DNA of 64,000 bases from the IMG/VR virus record IMGVR_UViG_3300045988_076381; one strand, 5' to 3'. The DNA comes from a virus. A program made the translations under genes and the position numbers. A model generated the notes under the pieces. That model did no database searches and was not told the origin of the DNA. It worked only from the letters and a program-made list of their open reading frames with translations. Of the stretch, positions 37,033 to 46,156 are shown one piece after another; position 1 is the first letter of the stretch; the number at the start of each line of letters is the position of its first letter.

Positions 37033-37743
37033 TTAATTTCCTTTCACTATAGCTAAATCTATTATAGCTCTTGCACAAGTTGTTGTATAATAAAACATTT
37101 GATCATGCGAAAGTGGGGATTCTTTTGAATAACTTATTCCAATAAATCCTCTGGGAGTTCCATCAATTTCTATTAAATAAAGAAATAATTGTTTAGCTCC
37201 ATTCTTTTTTAACATTGTATATAAAATCGGATCTGATTCTTTAATATTCTCTATATCTAATAGATTATATACTTTCTTTTCGTTAAGTTCTACATTAAAT
37301 CTAAAATTATCAGTACTTTGTTGTTGATATTGCTGTTTAATTCCCGCTACTCCAGAAGCATTTTGTTCATTCCTCATTGTGAAGTATGTAAAAAGATTTC
37401 CGCTTAATGAAGTTAAACTATTACCATATTCACAGAAAAATACCCTATCAGCTTTAAGAGTTTGTTGAAGTTTACGTAATTCATTATCTATTTTAGGGGG
37501 AATAGTTAGTGCGGTATTTACTAATTCCGTATGTTTCTCAGATCTCTCTTTCTCTCTTTGATTGAATACATTACTTATTTCAATTCTAACAGTTTCCTTT
37601 ATCGTTTCGTTTAAATATCTTTCTACATAGTTAGAAAAATATAAAGTACATAGTACAATAACTACACAAAGTACCAATTTAGAATCTTTTATAATTTTAG
37701 ATTTAATCAAACTATTTATGAGGGGTAGAATTTTGTCTATCAT
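37033..37743 (-). CDS. membrane-anchored hypothetical protein
   Basis: 236 aa. TM helix LVLCVVIVLCTLYF near the N-terminus. Confidence 0.5.
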   Translation of the reverse strand: MIDKILPLINSLIKSKIIKDSKLVLCVVIVLCTLYFSNYVERYLNETIKETVRIEISNVFNQREKERSEKHTELVNTALTIPPKIDNELRKLQQTLKADRVFFCEYGNSLTSLSGNLFTYFTMRNEQNASGVAGIKQQYQQQSTDNFRFNVELNEKKVYNLLDIENIKESDPILYTMLKKNGAKQLFLYLIEIDGTPRGFIGISYSKESPLSHDQMFYYTTTCARAIIDLAIVKGN

Positions 37744-37787
37744 TTAACTTATTTTCTATTTTTAATACACACTTATTTTGAATAGTG

Positions 37788-37795
37788 CAAATATA
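37788..37795 (-). promoter_or_regulatory. Bacteroidota-type -7 box TATATTTG
   Basis: Minus-strand TAnnTTTG about 45 nt upstream of ATG 37743, at the head of the long minus-strand block. Confidence 0.35.
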
Positions 37796-37881
37796 TTAAT
37801 AACTTGCAGTCAAAACAAGATTTATATATTTAAATTTAAAAATATAAGAAATAATATGTTTAACGCGTTAAATTATAGAGT

Positions 37882-38196
37882 ATGAAATTTAATCTTAGTA
37901 AAATAGACTTTAGTCTATTAAAAGTTCCAGATTTGGATTTAGAGGAATTTAATAATGTTATAGAGAAGTATTTAGGTAAAGAATCTGCGGAATTTCTTAA
38001 AAAGGGCGGGAAAATTTATATTAAGAAAAAGAATCGTGGAAAATTTACAGAGTCTGCTAAAAGAGCTGGACAATCTGTTCAAGAACATGCTAGATCAGTA
38101 TTAAATGATCCAAATGCTACACCTCTACAAAGGAAAAGAGCTAACTTTGCACGTAATTCTGCTAAATGGAAACATAAAGGAAAAAAGAAGAAGTAG
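37882..38196 (+). CDS. Lys/Arg-rich hypothetical protein
   Basis: 104-aa ORF at the start of a short plus-strand unit. Confidence 0.55.
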   Translation: MKFNLSKIDFSLLKVPDLDLEEFNNVIEKYLGKESAEFLKKGGKIYIKKKNRGKFTESAKRAGQSVQEHARSVLNDPNATPLQRKRANFARNSAKWKHKGKKKK

Positions 38197-38532
38197 GATT
38201 TATATATAATCTTATATTTAAATGATATCTAATACTTCCAATAGCAAAATCCCACCCCTTCCTGTCTGGGCGATATTATTTAAATCTTCTTCCAAACCAG
38301 AACTCTTTCTACTAATTCTCAAGAAATTCAATATTTTACATCTAAAGAATCCGTATATAAAGAAATGATTCAATCTAATCCAAAATTTGATGCTGAAGTT
38401 GATTTGGATAATATAAAACGAAGGGTTCTTTCATAAGAATTTAATAAAGAGTAGGAATATTATATATAATAAACCTTCAGGAATAATGTCTAATATTATA
38501 TAATAATATAAAAACAAGTAATATATAAATAA

Positions 38533-38979
38533 ATGAGCACTGATTATTTAAATGAGGATAAAATAATAGCATTATTAAAAAAGACTCAAGCAATGGTTGC
38601 CGGAACAGCCAATGTTTCAAGTGGAACACTACAAACAATCTTTTATAATCACGAATATATAAATAACGTTACTGCTTCTATAATCTCTAATTCAGATGAT
38701 AAAGGGATAAGAATAACAGTAGGATATAAAAACTCTACTTTAGCTTCTAGATATAAAAATTTATTATGTATAACTCCTTTTCTATCAGAGAATGTAAATG
38801 TCTCGGATGAAAATTATCTATCTACAACATTTAAATCTGCAATAAGTGGAAGTACTGTCGTCTCTTATTATATATATATTTATGATACAAATAATGGAGC
38901 AAATCTTAAACAAGGTAACTATATAAGCTTCTTAATTCCTAATATTAATGATTCTAATGAACTATTAAGTAACAACTAA
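38533..38979 (+). CDS. hypothetical protein
   Basis: 148-aa ORF. Confidence 0.55.
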   Translation: MSTDYLNEDKIIALLKKTQAMVAGTANVSSGTLQTIFYNHEYINNVTASIISNSDDKGIRITVGYKNSTLASRYKNLLCITPFLSENVNVSDENYLSTTFKSAISGSTVVSYYIYIYDTNNGANLKQGNYISFLIPNINDSNELLSNN

Positions 38980-38992
38980 ATAATATTTAACT

Positions 38993-39217
38993 ATGAAAAA
39001 TTTTTGGAATAAAGTAAAGGGATTCTTTTATAAAATCCTAAATTATAAAGCTGTTAAGGTTATTATCTCAGTTTTATTATCTGCCGGATTAACTTATTTA
39101 TTTAAATCTGCATTAGTATTTTTCTGCTTCTTAGTATTATGGTATTTATTATATATCTTAATAGATAAGTGGGTAAAGAAAAATGACAATGAGGAATTAA
39201 ATAAATTACATATTTAA
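38993..39217 (+). CDS. small membrane protein
   Basis: 74 aa with two hydrophobic helices. Followed by a strong terminator. Confidence 0.5.
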   Translation: MKNFWNKVKGFFYKILNYKAVKVIISVLLSAGLTYLFKSALVFFCFLVLWYLLYILIDKWVKKNDNEELNKLHI

Positions 39218-39228
39218 ATTTTATATAT

Positions 39229-39272
39229 AAAAAAATACCCTATAACAATTAAGTTATAGGGTATTTTCATTT
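39229..39272. terminator. bidirectional terminator hairpin
   Basis: 12-bp perfect stem ATACCCTATAAC/GTTATAGGGTAT (39235-39246/39253-39264) flanked by an A-run and a T-run, between convergent genes. Confidence 0.6.
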
Positions 39273-39308
39273 AACATTATTAACACATAAATAAACACGC
39301 AAAGAAGA

Positions 39309-39938
39309 CTACTTGCTTATATTTTCAATCATCTCCTTAATAAAATTAAGGGATTTAAGATAATCGTCATTTGTTATATATTCTATATCAGAACTTTTTA
39401 ACATTTCCTTTACCATCTCTCCGAAATTAGAAAATAACTCATTTATATCAGGACTAGTACATTTAACCTGATCTATCGGTAATTTATTACTAGCTATAGG
39501 TGCTCCGATAGTAATCCCAACTTTAGCATAATCTGGAATTTTATCTAAATCAGGATTATTTAATTTATTTTCTAACTCATCTAAAGAATCTTCTTCTTCG
39601 TTAGGAATTTTATTTAAAGTTCTATCTAATTTCTCATCGATAAGATTTAACGATGTCTCTATATCAATTCCATCATAGTCTTCTTCTCTATGGAAGTTAT
39701 CTAACTTAGATAATATCACTTTAAGTCTATCCTCAATCATATCAAAATAATCAGAGAAGCTCTTATTCATTTCTAATAGTTCTCTTAAATTCTTTTTATT
39801 CTCACAATCTCCTTCATTAAAATACTGAATAATTTGAACTAATTTCTCAATTCCGATTTTAGCATTATTCATTACATCCATCATAGAAGCATTTATACAT
39901 TCTAACTCCTTATCACTAATAAGTTTTTCCATAATCAT
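39309..39938 (-). CDS. acidic hypothetical protein
   Basis: 209-aa ORF. Confidence 0.55.
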   Translation of the reverse strand: MIMEKLISDKELECINASMMDVMNNAKIGIEKLVQIIQYFNEGDCENKKNLRELLEMNKSFSDYFDMIEDRLKVILSKLDNFHREEDYDGIDIETSLNLIDEKLDRTLNKIPNEEEDSLDELENKLNNPDLDKIPDYAKVGITIGAPIASNKLPIDQVKCTSPDINELFSNFGEMVKEMLKSSDIEYITNDDYLKSLNFIKEMIENISK

Positions 39939-40005
39939 ATTTTTAATTTAACATATACAAATATACTAAGATTATAGATCTAATCCTAAGATTAAATGTT
40001 AAATT

Positions 40006-40245
40006 TTATAAATTAAGATTTTTTCTTAATTCCGGAATAATATTATTCAAATCCTTCTTCACAGCCCCTTGTCTATCTAAATACGATAGTTCTGGATATT
40101 TAATCTTTCCAAATTCATCTATAAACTCTATTGAATCCTGAGATTTAAATTCAGGATCTGATATTATTATTGTTTTTATTTTATTTAAGTTATTCATTAC
40201 ATAACTATACATCACTAATACATTTTGCATTATATTACCGTCCAT
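40006..40245 (-). CDS. hypothetical small protein
   Basis: 79-aa ORF with a TAnnTTTG box upstream. Confidence 0.5.
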   Translation of the reverse strand: MDGNIMQNVLVMYSYVMNNLNKIKTIIISDPEFKSQDSIEFIDEFGKIKYPELSYLDRQGAVKKDLNNIIPELRKNLNL

Positions 40246-40280
40246 ATACTATTTGTTTAACTTTATAAATTATGTCACTA

Positions 40281-40288
40281 CAAAGATA
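40281..40288 (-). promoter_or_regulatory. Bacteroidota-type -7 box TATCTTTG
   Basis: Minus-strand TAnnTTTG about 35 nt upstream of ATG 40245. Confidence 0.35.
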
Positions 40289-40354
40289 GTATATCTTTAA
40301 TATTTAAAGAATGTATATATTATATAACAATAACATGTGCAATTTAATTTATAC

Positions 40355-40807
40355 CTAATCAATTGCCCCTCCATTTGCTGGCGGAAGTTTTGGAGAGGTA
40401 TTAGTTACAATAGTATCTAATTTAGTATTTGCCTGAATTAAATTAGTATCTATACTAGAGGTATTCGTATGTATAGAAGTAGTTGTATCCTTTATCTGTC
40501 CTAAAGTTTCTTTAACAGGATCTAAATCAACATCAATATTAGCTAGAGATGCTAATGCTGTATCTAATTTAGCACTAAATGTAGTAGTTAAATTCTCTAT
40601 TTTAGTTATTAAATCTTGTATTTTAGTATTTGTCGTATCTATCTTAGTATTAGTAGTATTTAATTCATTTACTACTGCTGATAATTTCTCTGTTAATAAA
40701 GCTATATTCTCTGTATTAAAATCTCCTACTCCTTCCTTAATCCCTTGTAAAAGTTGGAGGTATAGCTCATTGTAATTGGTTGTTTTATAAAAATCGTTTA
40801 CGTTCAT
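40355..40807 (-). CDS. Thr/Asn-rich coiled-coil protein
   Basis: 150 aa with NTTNTKIDTTNTKIQDL-type heptad-like repeats. Confidence 0.55.
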   Translation of the reverse strand: MNVNDFYKTTNYNELYLQLLQGIKEGVGDFNTENIALLTEKLSAVVNELNTTNTKIDTTNTKIQDLITKIENLTTTFSAKLDTALASLANIDVDLDPVKETLGQIKDTTTSIHTNTSSIDTNLIQANTKLDTIVTNTSPKLPPANGGAID

Positions 40808-40817
40808 TGTGATATAT

Positions 40818-41027
40818 TTAAATTATAAGTTCTATTATTTTAGTATTGTCTGTATTTAAAATTTCTTCATTTTTGCATGGTTGAAGTTTATATGTATAAC
40901 TCTCCTCTTCTGGAGTATATTTAGGTTCGGAGATTATTTTATAATATCGTTGTAGTCCTTCTTTTATATAAAATGATTCTGGAAAAGTTAATGTTATTGG
41001 TGTAGATTCAAAAGTTGGATTTTGCAT
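40818..41027 (-). CDS. hypothetical small protein
   Basis: 69-aa ORF. Confidence 0.45.
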   Translation of the reverse strand: MQNPTFESTPITLTFPESFYIKEGLQRYYKIISEPKYTPEEESYTYKLQPCKNEEILNTDNTKIIELII

Positions 41028-41089
41028 AAAAGGATTGATTGTTATGATTTACAAAGGTATGTGGTTTTTGTGAGAAATCCTAAAGAAGA

Positions 41090-41844
41090 TTAAGATTTAA
41101 TTATATTATCATATTTAACTCCATTCCAATAAGGATATAGATAATAATCATCAAGTTTAGCATTTCCGATTCCTACATATTTTTCAAATTCGTCTAATTC
41201 ATTTATTGGAGTATTCTTGAAATCATCTATTAAACGAGTATAAAAATCTAGAATAGTAAAATTATTAAATAATACTGTACTTTCTTTATATCTTTCTACT
41301 TTTATAAAACCTAAATCCTCTAACAATTTCTCTCTTTTAATTAAAATATTTTTAGATTTAATCTTTAAAAGTTTTTGTAATAGAGATTTAGTAATAATTA
41401 ATTTTGGATTTAAGTTATATTGTTTGAAAAATGAAGTTAGTAATAAACATATAACTCTAATTTCTATATTTCCAACAGGACTACATACAATATATAAATC
41501 ACTAAAATTATCGCAGAAAGTATATTCATAAACATACTCTCCACTATGAGAGATTACATTTTCTTCTGCTTGTTCTTTTGTTTTATCTTCTTCTTTTTTA
41601 TCTTCTTTGATTGGGATATAATCTTTAAAGATTGTAACAACTTTATCTGAATTAAACCATTCTGGCGATCTATTCTATATTCTTCACATAATTTATGTAA
41701 ATTAGATTCATCTTTACGACTTCCTTCTTTCGAATCTAATAATATGGCTGTAGGGTTATGTTGTTTATATTGATCAAATCTATGTTCTAAATTAGTAGTA
41801 TATCCTATTTTATATAAATTTCCTGATTGAATTAAGTATATCAT
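41090..41844 (-). pseudogene. T5orf172/GIY-YIG-like gene split by a frameshift near 41665
   Basis: N-terminus IYLIQSGNLYKIGYTTNLEHRFDQYKQHNP. The expected EWF motif (RSPEWFNSDKVV) and about 190 further codons are in the -1 frame, open from 41674 to 41090 with no start codon before 41326. Confidence 0.55.
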
Positions 41845-42302
41845 TCTATTTCGTATTTAATAATAGTGTTAAATTCTCTACAATTTTTTAATGCTTCTTC
41901 AATTTGGTTTGTATTTCCTTTAAAAAAATATCTCGGATTTAAATAATAGATTCCTTTATATGTAGGATCTTTAAATATAACATTTTTTTTACATAAGGAA
42001 GTTAAACAATTTTTTATTGTTCCTTCTGTAATTCCACAATTATTTATTATATCCGCTTTTAATTTCATATTAATAACTATCTGATTTCCATATTCCTTAT
42101 CTACTTCTTTTATATATTGTGAATTTTTCCATAAATATAAAAGTACTTTATATTCACTCATCGTTTTTATTCCAAGTAATCCTGTTATATCCTCTAAATA
42201 TACTTGAATAAATTCACTAGATTTAGTTTTCTTTACTATTTCAAACTCTTGAAGAGTTTCTCCCGCAAAAGTGTTAGTAATTTCTTCTTTAGTTATATTC
42301 AT
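41841..42302 (-). CDS. winged-helix DNA-binding protein, RepL-like initiator (tentative)
   Basis: 153 aa. ...FIQVYLEDITGLLG...SEYKVLLYLWKNSQ...GTIKNCLTSLCKKNVI pattern of wHTH replication/regulatory proteins. Adjacent to a repeat-rich non-coding region. Confidence 0.4.
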   Translation of the reverse strand: MNITKEEITNTFAGETLQEFEIVKKTKSSEFIQVYLEDITGLLGIKTMSEYKVLLYLWKNSQYIKEVDKEYGNQIVINMKLKADIINNCGITEGTIKNCLTSLCKKNVIFKDPTYKGIYYLNPRYFFKGNTNQIEEALKNCREFNTIIKYEIE

Positions 42303-42593
42303 AATTATTTAATTTTACATTACAAATATAATAATATAAATTTATATTACCAAATATAAAAGACTGAAATTTTTAATCACTCCCCAAATGACTTATGTCA
42401 TTCCCCAGATGACTAACCATAATTTGGGGAATTACTAATTCTCTTGTAACTAGTTGATTGTCAGTATGTTATATAAAATTCTCTTATCTAAAGATTTAAC
42501 CTCAATCATCTCCGATGATTTCGGATCTACCCCTACCCCCTTCAAAGGGGTAAGTTTTTTTGCTTCGCAAAAAATCTTGAGCTGGGAGTCTCT

Positions 42594-42685
42594 TTATATT
42601 TAAAATTTATCTATTATATAAAATTTATATTTAAATACCTCATATATTTAAAATTCCCATATATCTTAAATATTTTATATTTAAT
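42594..42685. repeat. iteron-like direct repeats (T/A)TATATTTAA(A/T) x4
   Basis: Copies start at 42594, 42625, 42642 and 42675, in a 497-nt non-coding region that also holds other direct and inverted repeats. Confidence 0.4.
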
Positions 42686-42799
42686 ACAATCTTCATACCT
42701 CATTCCGAAGAAAATTTAAAAATTTTATTTTATTTAAATCCTAAAATTTCATACTTTTCCTCTTAAGAAATTGTAAAATGGAGGAGAAATTTATTGTAT

Positions 42800-43828
42800 T
42801 TATATTAAATCTATATTATTTAAGTTATTATATATATTCACAATCCTTTCCTTAAATTCTTTAATAGATAAATTACTCTTCATTACATTAATCTTATCCT
42901 CACAAATAACAATATTTCCTTTTATATATCCTTTATTAGAATCTATCCTATCCACAGAAGGTCTATAATCTTTTGAAAACGGGATTCCAGAATAATAACA
43001 TTTCCCCTCTTGTGCTTTGTACATCTCATTTAAATATTCTTCTGTAATATCCAATTCCTTTTTTATATTATTTTTATTACTATAATTATATTTTCTATAC
43101 TCACAATTTCTTTTACATTTATCTAATAACCACTTTCCTATATTTTCCCATTTCTTTTCTTCCTCTTCATCTCGTGCACACTTACTACATAAGAAATTTC
43201 TATGCTTATCAAATTTAGAAGGATCTGTTTCTCCACATTTTATACATAATTTATCAGAGTGTTTATATATAACCCTTTCTTCAGTATTCTCACCTTTTAA
43301 TAATTTAGAATTAACTTGATATCCTTTAGGTGTTTTTAAAAGAGTGTACTTAGGATGTGAGATTTTTAAAGTTATATCTTTTGTATTCTTAAGTATTCCA
43401 AATAAACCTTCTGTATTAAATTCTTTTAATCTTCTTGTAATATTATAAATAGTTCCAATAACACAATCTATATTATTATCATCTAAAATTCGTTTTAATT
43501 CTCTAGCTGGAATTTTATCATATGATGGTAGAATGTTATAAAACATTAGAATGAAAGCTTTGTTGTTTAATGTTAGATCTGGATTAGTTAAAAAATCTGG
43601 ACAAGATAATGATGTATGAATTTTAAATCTTGGAGCGAAGCCATTGCTGGAACAATCTTCAATATCTCCAGATGAAATTAAATGTTTTGTGGATACTTTT
43701 ATTACTTCATCACTTATACCGTAAGTAGATAATTGGGAAGATAAAATACTTGCAATTTCGTCTTCTTCTTTAAATGCATTAAGGATTCTTAATACTACTT
43801 CTAATTTAAAATTTTCAATTGTTTTCAT
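42800..43828 (-). CDS. free-standing HNH-type endonuclease
   Basis: 342 aa. CxxC pairs (CIKCGE...CSKCARD) and C-terminal CYYSG...SVDRIDSNKGYIKGNIVICEDKINVMKS. Confidence 0.6.
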   Translation of the reverse strand: MKTIENFKLEVVLRILNAFKEEDEIASILSSQLSTYGISDEVIKVSTKHLISSGDIEDCSSNGFAPRFKIHTSLSCPDFLTNPDLTLNNKAFILMFYNILPSYDKIPARELKRILDDNNIDCVIGTIYNITRRLKEFNTEGLFGILKNTKDITLKISHPKYTLLKTPKGYQVNSKLLKGENTEERVIYKHSDKLCIKCGETDPSKFDKHRNFLCSKCARDEEEEKKWENIGKWLLDKCKRNCEYRKYNYSNKNNIKKELDITEEYLNEMYKAQEGKCYYSGIPFSKDYRPSVDRIDSNKGYIKGNIVICEDKINVMKSNLSIKEFKERIVNIYNNLNNIDLI

Positions 43829-43854
43829 ATTATGTTTTTTGTTGTTTAGTTATA

Positions 43855-43862
43855 CAAAGATA
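43855..43862 (-). promoter_or_regulatory. Bacteroidota-type -7 box TATCTTTG
   Basis: Minus-strand TAnnTTTG 27 nt upstream of ATG 43828, in a divergent intergenic region. Confidence 0.35.
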
Positions 43863-44072
43863 GAGTAGATAATCTAAATAAAAAATAATTTTTAAAATTT
43901 TTTGTATTTTAAAGTAGATAGGGTTTTTAGTTTTATATTGTTCTATAATAACTAAGCAAAAATAAAAATTTTTTTATAAAAAATTTCTGTAGCTCTGAAA
44001 ATTTAAGATCTATCACACCCTACACCCCGTGACCATCTTTGAATAAAAAACATTAAATAAAACGTAAAGATT

Positions 44073-44498
44073 ATGAAAGGTAGAAGTAAATTTTCACAAG
44101 GTCTGTCTAAAGAATTATTAAATTCCCCAGTTATAGTTCGTAACGCAGAAGGCGGACGTGAAATTGGAGACGTTGTCGACTTAAGTAATGCAACATTTAA
44201 CCCTGAATATAAGTTCACAACTCAGGATGGACAAGAACGTGTTGTTCAAGGTTTTGTTCGTGGAGAGGGAGAAGCACAAACACTGGTTATCTCTTTATCT
44301 CAGCTCGTAAACAGAGTCAATGGACTGGATGAGGCAAAATCGGGGTTAATGAAGCAACTCCGGAAATGCACGACCTTAGGAGAAATCCTAGAGGTTATGG
44401 ATGATGTTGAAGCTGTCAAAGTCATTGACGTGAAACGCGTCCCGAATCGTTTCGTTCCTGGCACAGAAAGAACTCTGTGTCTCTGGGATGAGGCTTAA
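44073..44498 (+). CDS. hypothetical protein in a GC-rich island
   Basis: 141-aa ORF with clearly higher GC (about 42% by eye) than its neighbours. Followed by a terminator. Confidence 0.6.
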   Translation: MKGRSKFSQGLSKELLNSPVIVRNAEGGREIGDVVDLSNATFNPEYKFTTQDGQERVVQGFVRGEGEAQTLVISLSQLVNRVNGLDEAKSGLMKQLRKCTTLGEILEVMDDVEAVKVIDVKRVPNRFVPGTERTLCLWDEA

Positions 44499-44501
44499 TA
44501 T

Positions 44502-44533
44502 AAAGGATAGCTAATGCTATCCTTTATTTATAT
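44502..44533 (+). terminator. rho-independent terminator
   Basis: AAAGGATAGC-TAAT-GCTATCCTTT then ATTTATATT. Confidence 0.6.
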
Positions 44534-44568
44534 TATGTATTATTATTAAAAAATTAACACAAGATATC

Positions 44569-44979
44569 ATGAAAAAGATTAAAAATTTAACACAAGAAGA
44601 TTACAAAGAACTGAGTCAAAAACTTAACTCACTCAAAAGAGAAAATCTACATCATCCAATGGAGAAATCCTATATAAGAAAGGAATTAGCTAAAATTCTC
44701 CCAATTAGAGAAGGATTAATTTTAAAATTCCTGTCTGAGGTAGGTATTTTAGAAAATACTTCCACAAGAACTGTGGACTGGACTGATGAAAATCCTATTT
44801 ATGTAGGAAAAGTTAAAAGTGCTCTGGAATTATTTAGAGAATATAATCTAGAACGTAATATGAGTATTACAGAAGCAAGAAAGCAAAAATCATTCTCTGT
44901 TGAGGATGCGATAAAACTATTGCTCGAAACAGGAGAGTATAAAATATATAAAAGAAAAATCGAATGGGTTGAAATATGA
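44569..44979 (+). CDS. hypothetical protein
   Basis: 136-aa ORF. Confidence 0.55.
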   Translation: MKKIKNLTQEDYKELSQKLNSLKRENLHHPMEKSYIRKELAKILPIREGLILKFLSEVGILENTSTRTVDWTDENPIYVGKVKSALELFREYNLERNMSITEARKQKSFSVEDAIKLLLETGEYKIYKRKIEWVEI

Positions 44980-45321
44980 CCTATTCGATTTACCTAGAAT
45001 GGTTAATGAAGGTTCGTTTCCTTCACTAGGTACTAAGGGAGTTGTGATAATATTTTTTAAGTGATAATATTTTTCAAGTGATTAGAAGTGAGAGATGGGA
45101 TTTTTGTGATTCTAAACCACAAATTTCCCCCTTCTCACAGCATTAATCCACAACACCACTAAAAATTTTCTCCATAGTTCGTAAAACCATGGAAAATCCT
45201 GTGTTAATGAAAGAGGTGAGACAAGTTCTAATCTTGAACCCTAATCACCTCTTATTTGCCTCTAGTATCAATAAATATATAAGCTGTCGTGTCTATAATT
45301 TATAACTTTAAATTTAAAATT

Positions 45322-45471
45322 ATGGAATCAATATTAATTATTTTAACAGTACTTAATGCAGTATGTATAACTGCGTTAATAGTATTATTACAAAACATTA
45401 AAAAGACAGCTAGTCCTTGGATGTATAGAATATATCTATTCTTTACAATATTAGCTCTTCTCTTTTGTTAA
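45322..45471 (+). CDS. small hydrophobic peptide
   Basis: ATG at 45322 inside track ORF 45289..45471. MESILIILTVLNAVCITALIVLL... Confidence 0.35.
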   Translation: MESILIILTVLNAVCITALIVLLQNIKKTASPWMYRIYLFFTILALLFC

Positions 45472-45628
45472 ATAAGAGTTATAATATAAATTACAAGGAT
45501 TGTTAGATAAAGATCTATGATATATTATCTAGATCAACATATTCAGATCGCTAGAAATATGATTATGATATATGTTTAAACATATGATGATAAGTATATA
45601 ATTATATATCTTATTTAAGGATATGTAA

Positions 45629-45701
45629 GGTCCCATAGCGTAAAGGTTAACGCAAAACACTCATAATGTTGAGATTCTAGGTTCAAGTCCTAGTGGGACC
45701 A
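45629..45701 (+). tRNA. tRNA with CAT anticodon (Met or lysidine-Ile)
   Basis: Hand-folded cloverleaf: acceptor GGTCCCA/TGGGACC, D stem GCGT/ACGC, anticodon loop CTCATAA, T arm CTAGG-TTCAAGT-CCTAG. Confidence 0.85.
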
Positions 45702-45824
45702 CGATATTGATTTTCAGGATTTCTGAGGTTTAGAATTTCTGGATTAATGTTTTTTGTAATTTTTTTCATGATCAGTGTTTAACATTAGCAACATTTAATG
45801 AGATGTGATATCTCCTTCCTTATT

Positions 45825-45849
45825 AAGGAGAGTTAATACTCTCCTTTTT
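45825..45849 (+). terminator. hairpin terminator candidate
   Basis: AAGGAGAGT-TAAT-ACTCTCCTT followed by TTTT. Confidence 0.5.
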
Positions 45850-45965
45850 AAATTTGTTTATTATGAGAAAGATAGATATAAAATACATAATGACAATAAT
45901 AGGAATATTTATATTTCTATTATTATTATCTTCATTAGAATCAATCATTAATTCTATTTAAATAA

Positions 45966-46039
45966 GAGCGAATATCCAAATTGGTTAAGGGAATAGTCTG
46001 CAAAACTATATTGTGAGAGTTCGAATCTCTCTTCGCTCT
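45966..46039 (+). tRNA. tRNA-Cys (GCA)
   Basis: Acceptor GAGCGAA/TTCGCTC, anticodon stem ATAGT/ACTAT with loop CTGCAAA, T arm GAGAG-TTCGAAT-CTCTC. Confidence 0.85.
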
Positions 46040-46156
46040 CATTAAATATTATATTTAAAAGGTTATATTCGGAAATATATAAGAATGATATCTTTTAAAT
46101 ACTTTAAAATTATATTAATTAAAATAAATAAAAATAATCTTTTAAATATAATAATT

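Noticed and set aside
38222-38436. Two overlapping short frames (49-aa MISNTSNSKIPPLPVW... and a start-less frame of about 50 codons ending ...NIKRRVLS) in the 335-nt gap between 38196 and 38533.
   Set aside because: Both are below a convincing length, with no motif and no clear slippery site. They could be another frameshifted small gene, but the evidence is too thin.
42594-42685. TATATTTAAA as a phage-specific promoter consensus, since similar words precede several genes (for example near 37820, 38210, 39212, 46050, 59225).
   Set aside because: Without statistics I cannot separate it from background AT-rich word frequency. It is retained only as iteron-like repeats where four copies cluster.
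44003-44218. Minus-strand 71-aa ORF overlapping the start of the GC-rich gene. Also 53522..53782, 48509..48796, 59401..59610 and 60260..60475.
   Set aside because: Each is antisense to a better-supported plus-strand gene and breaks the otherwise uniform strand organisation.
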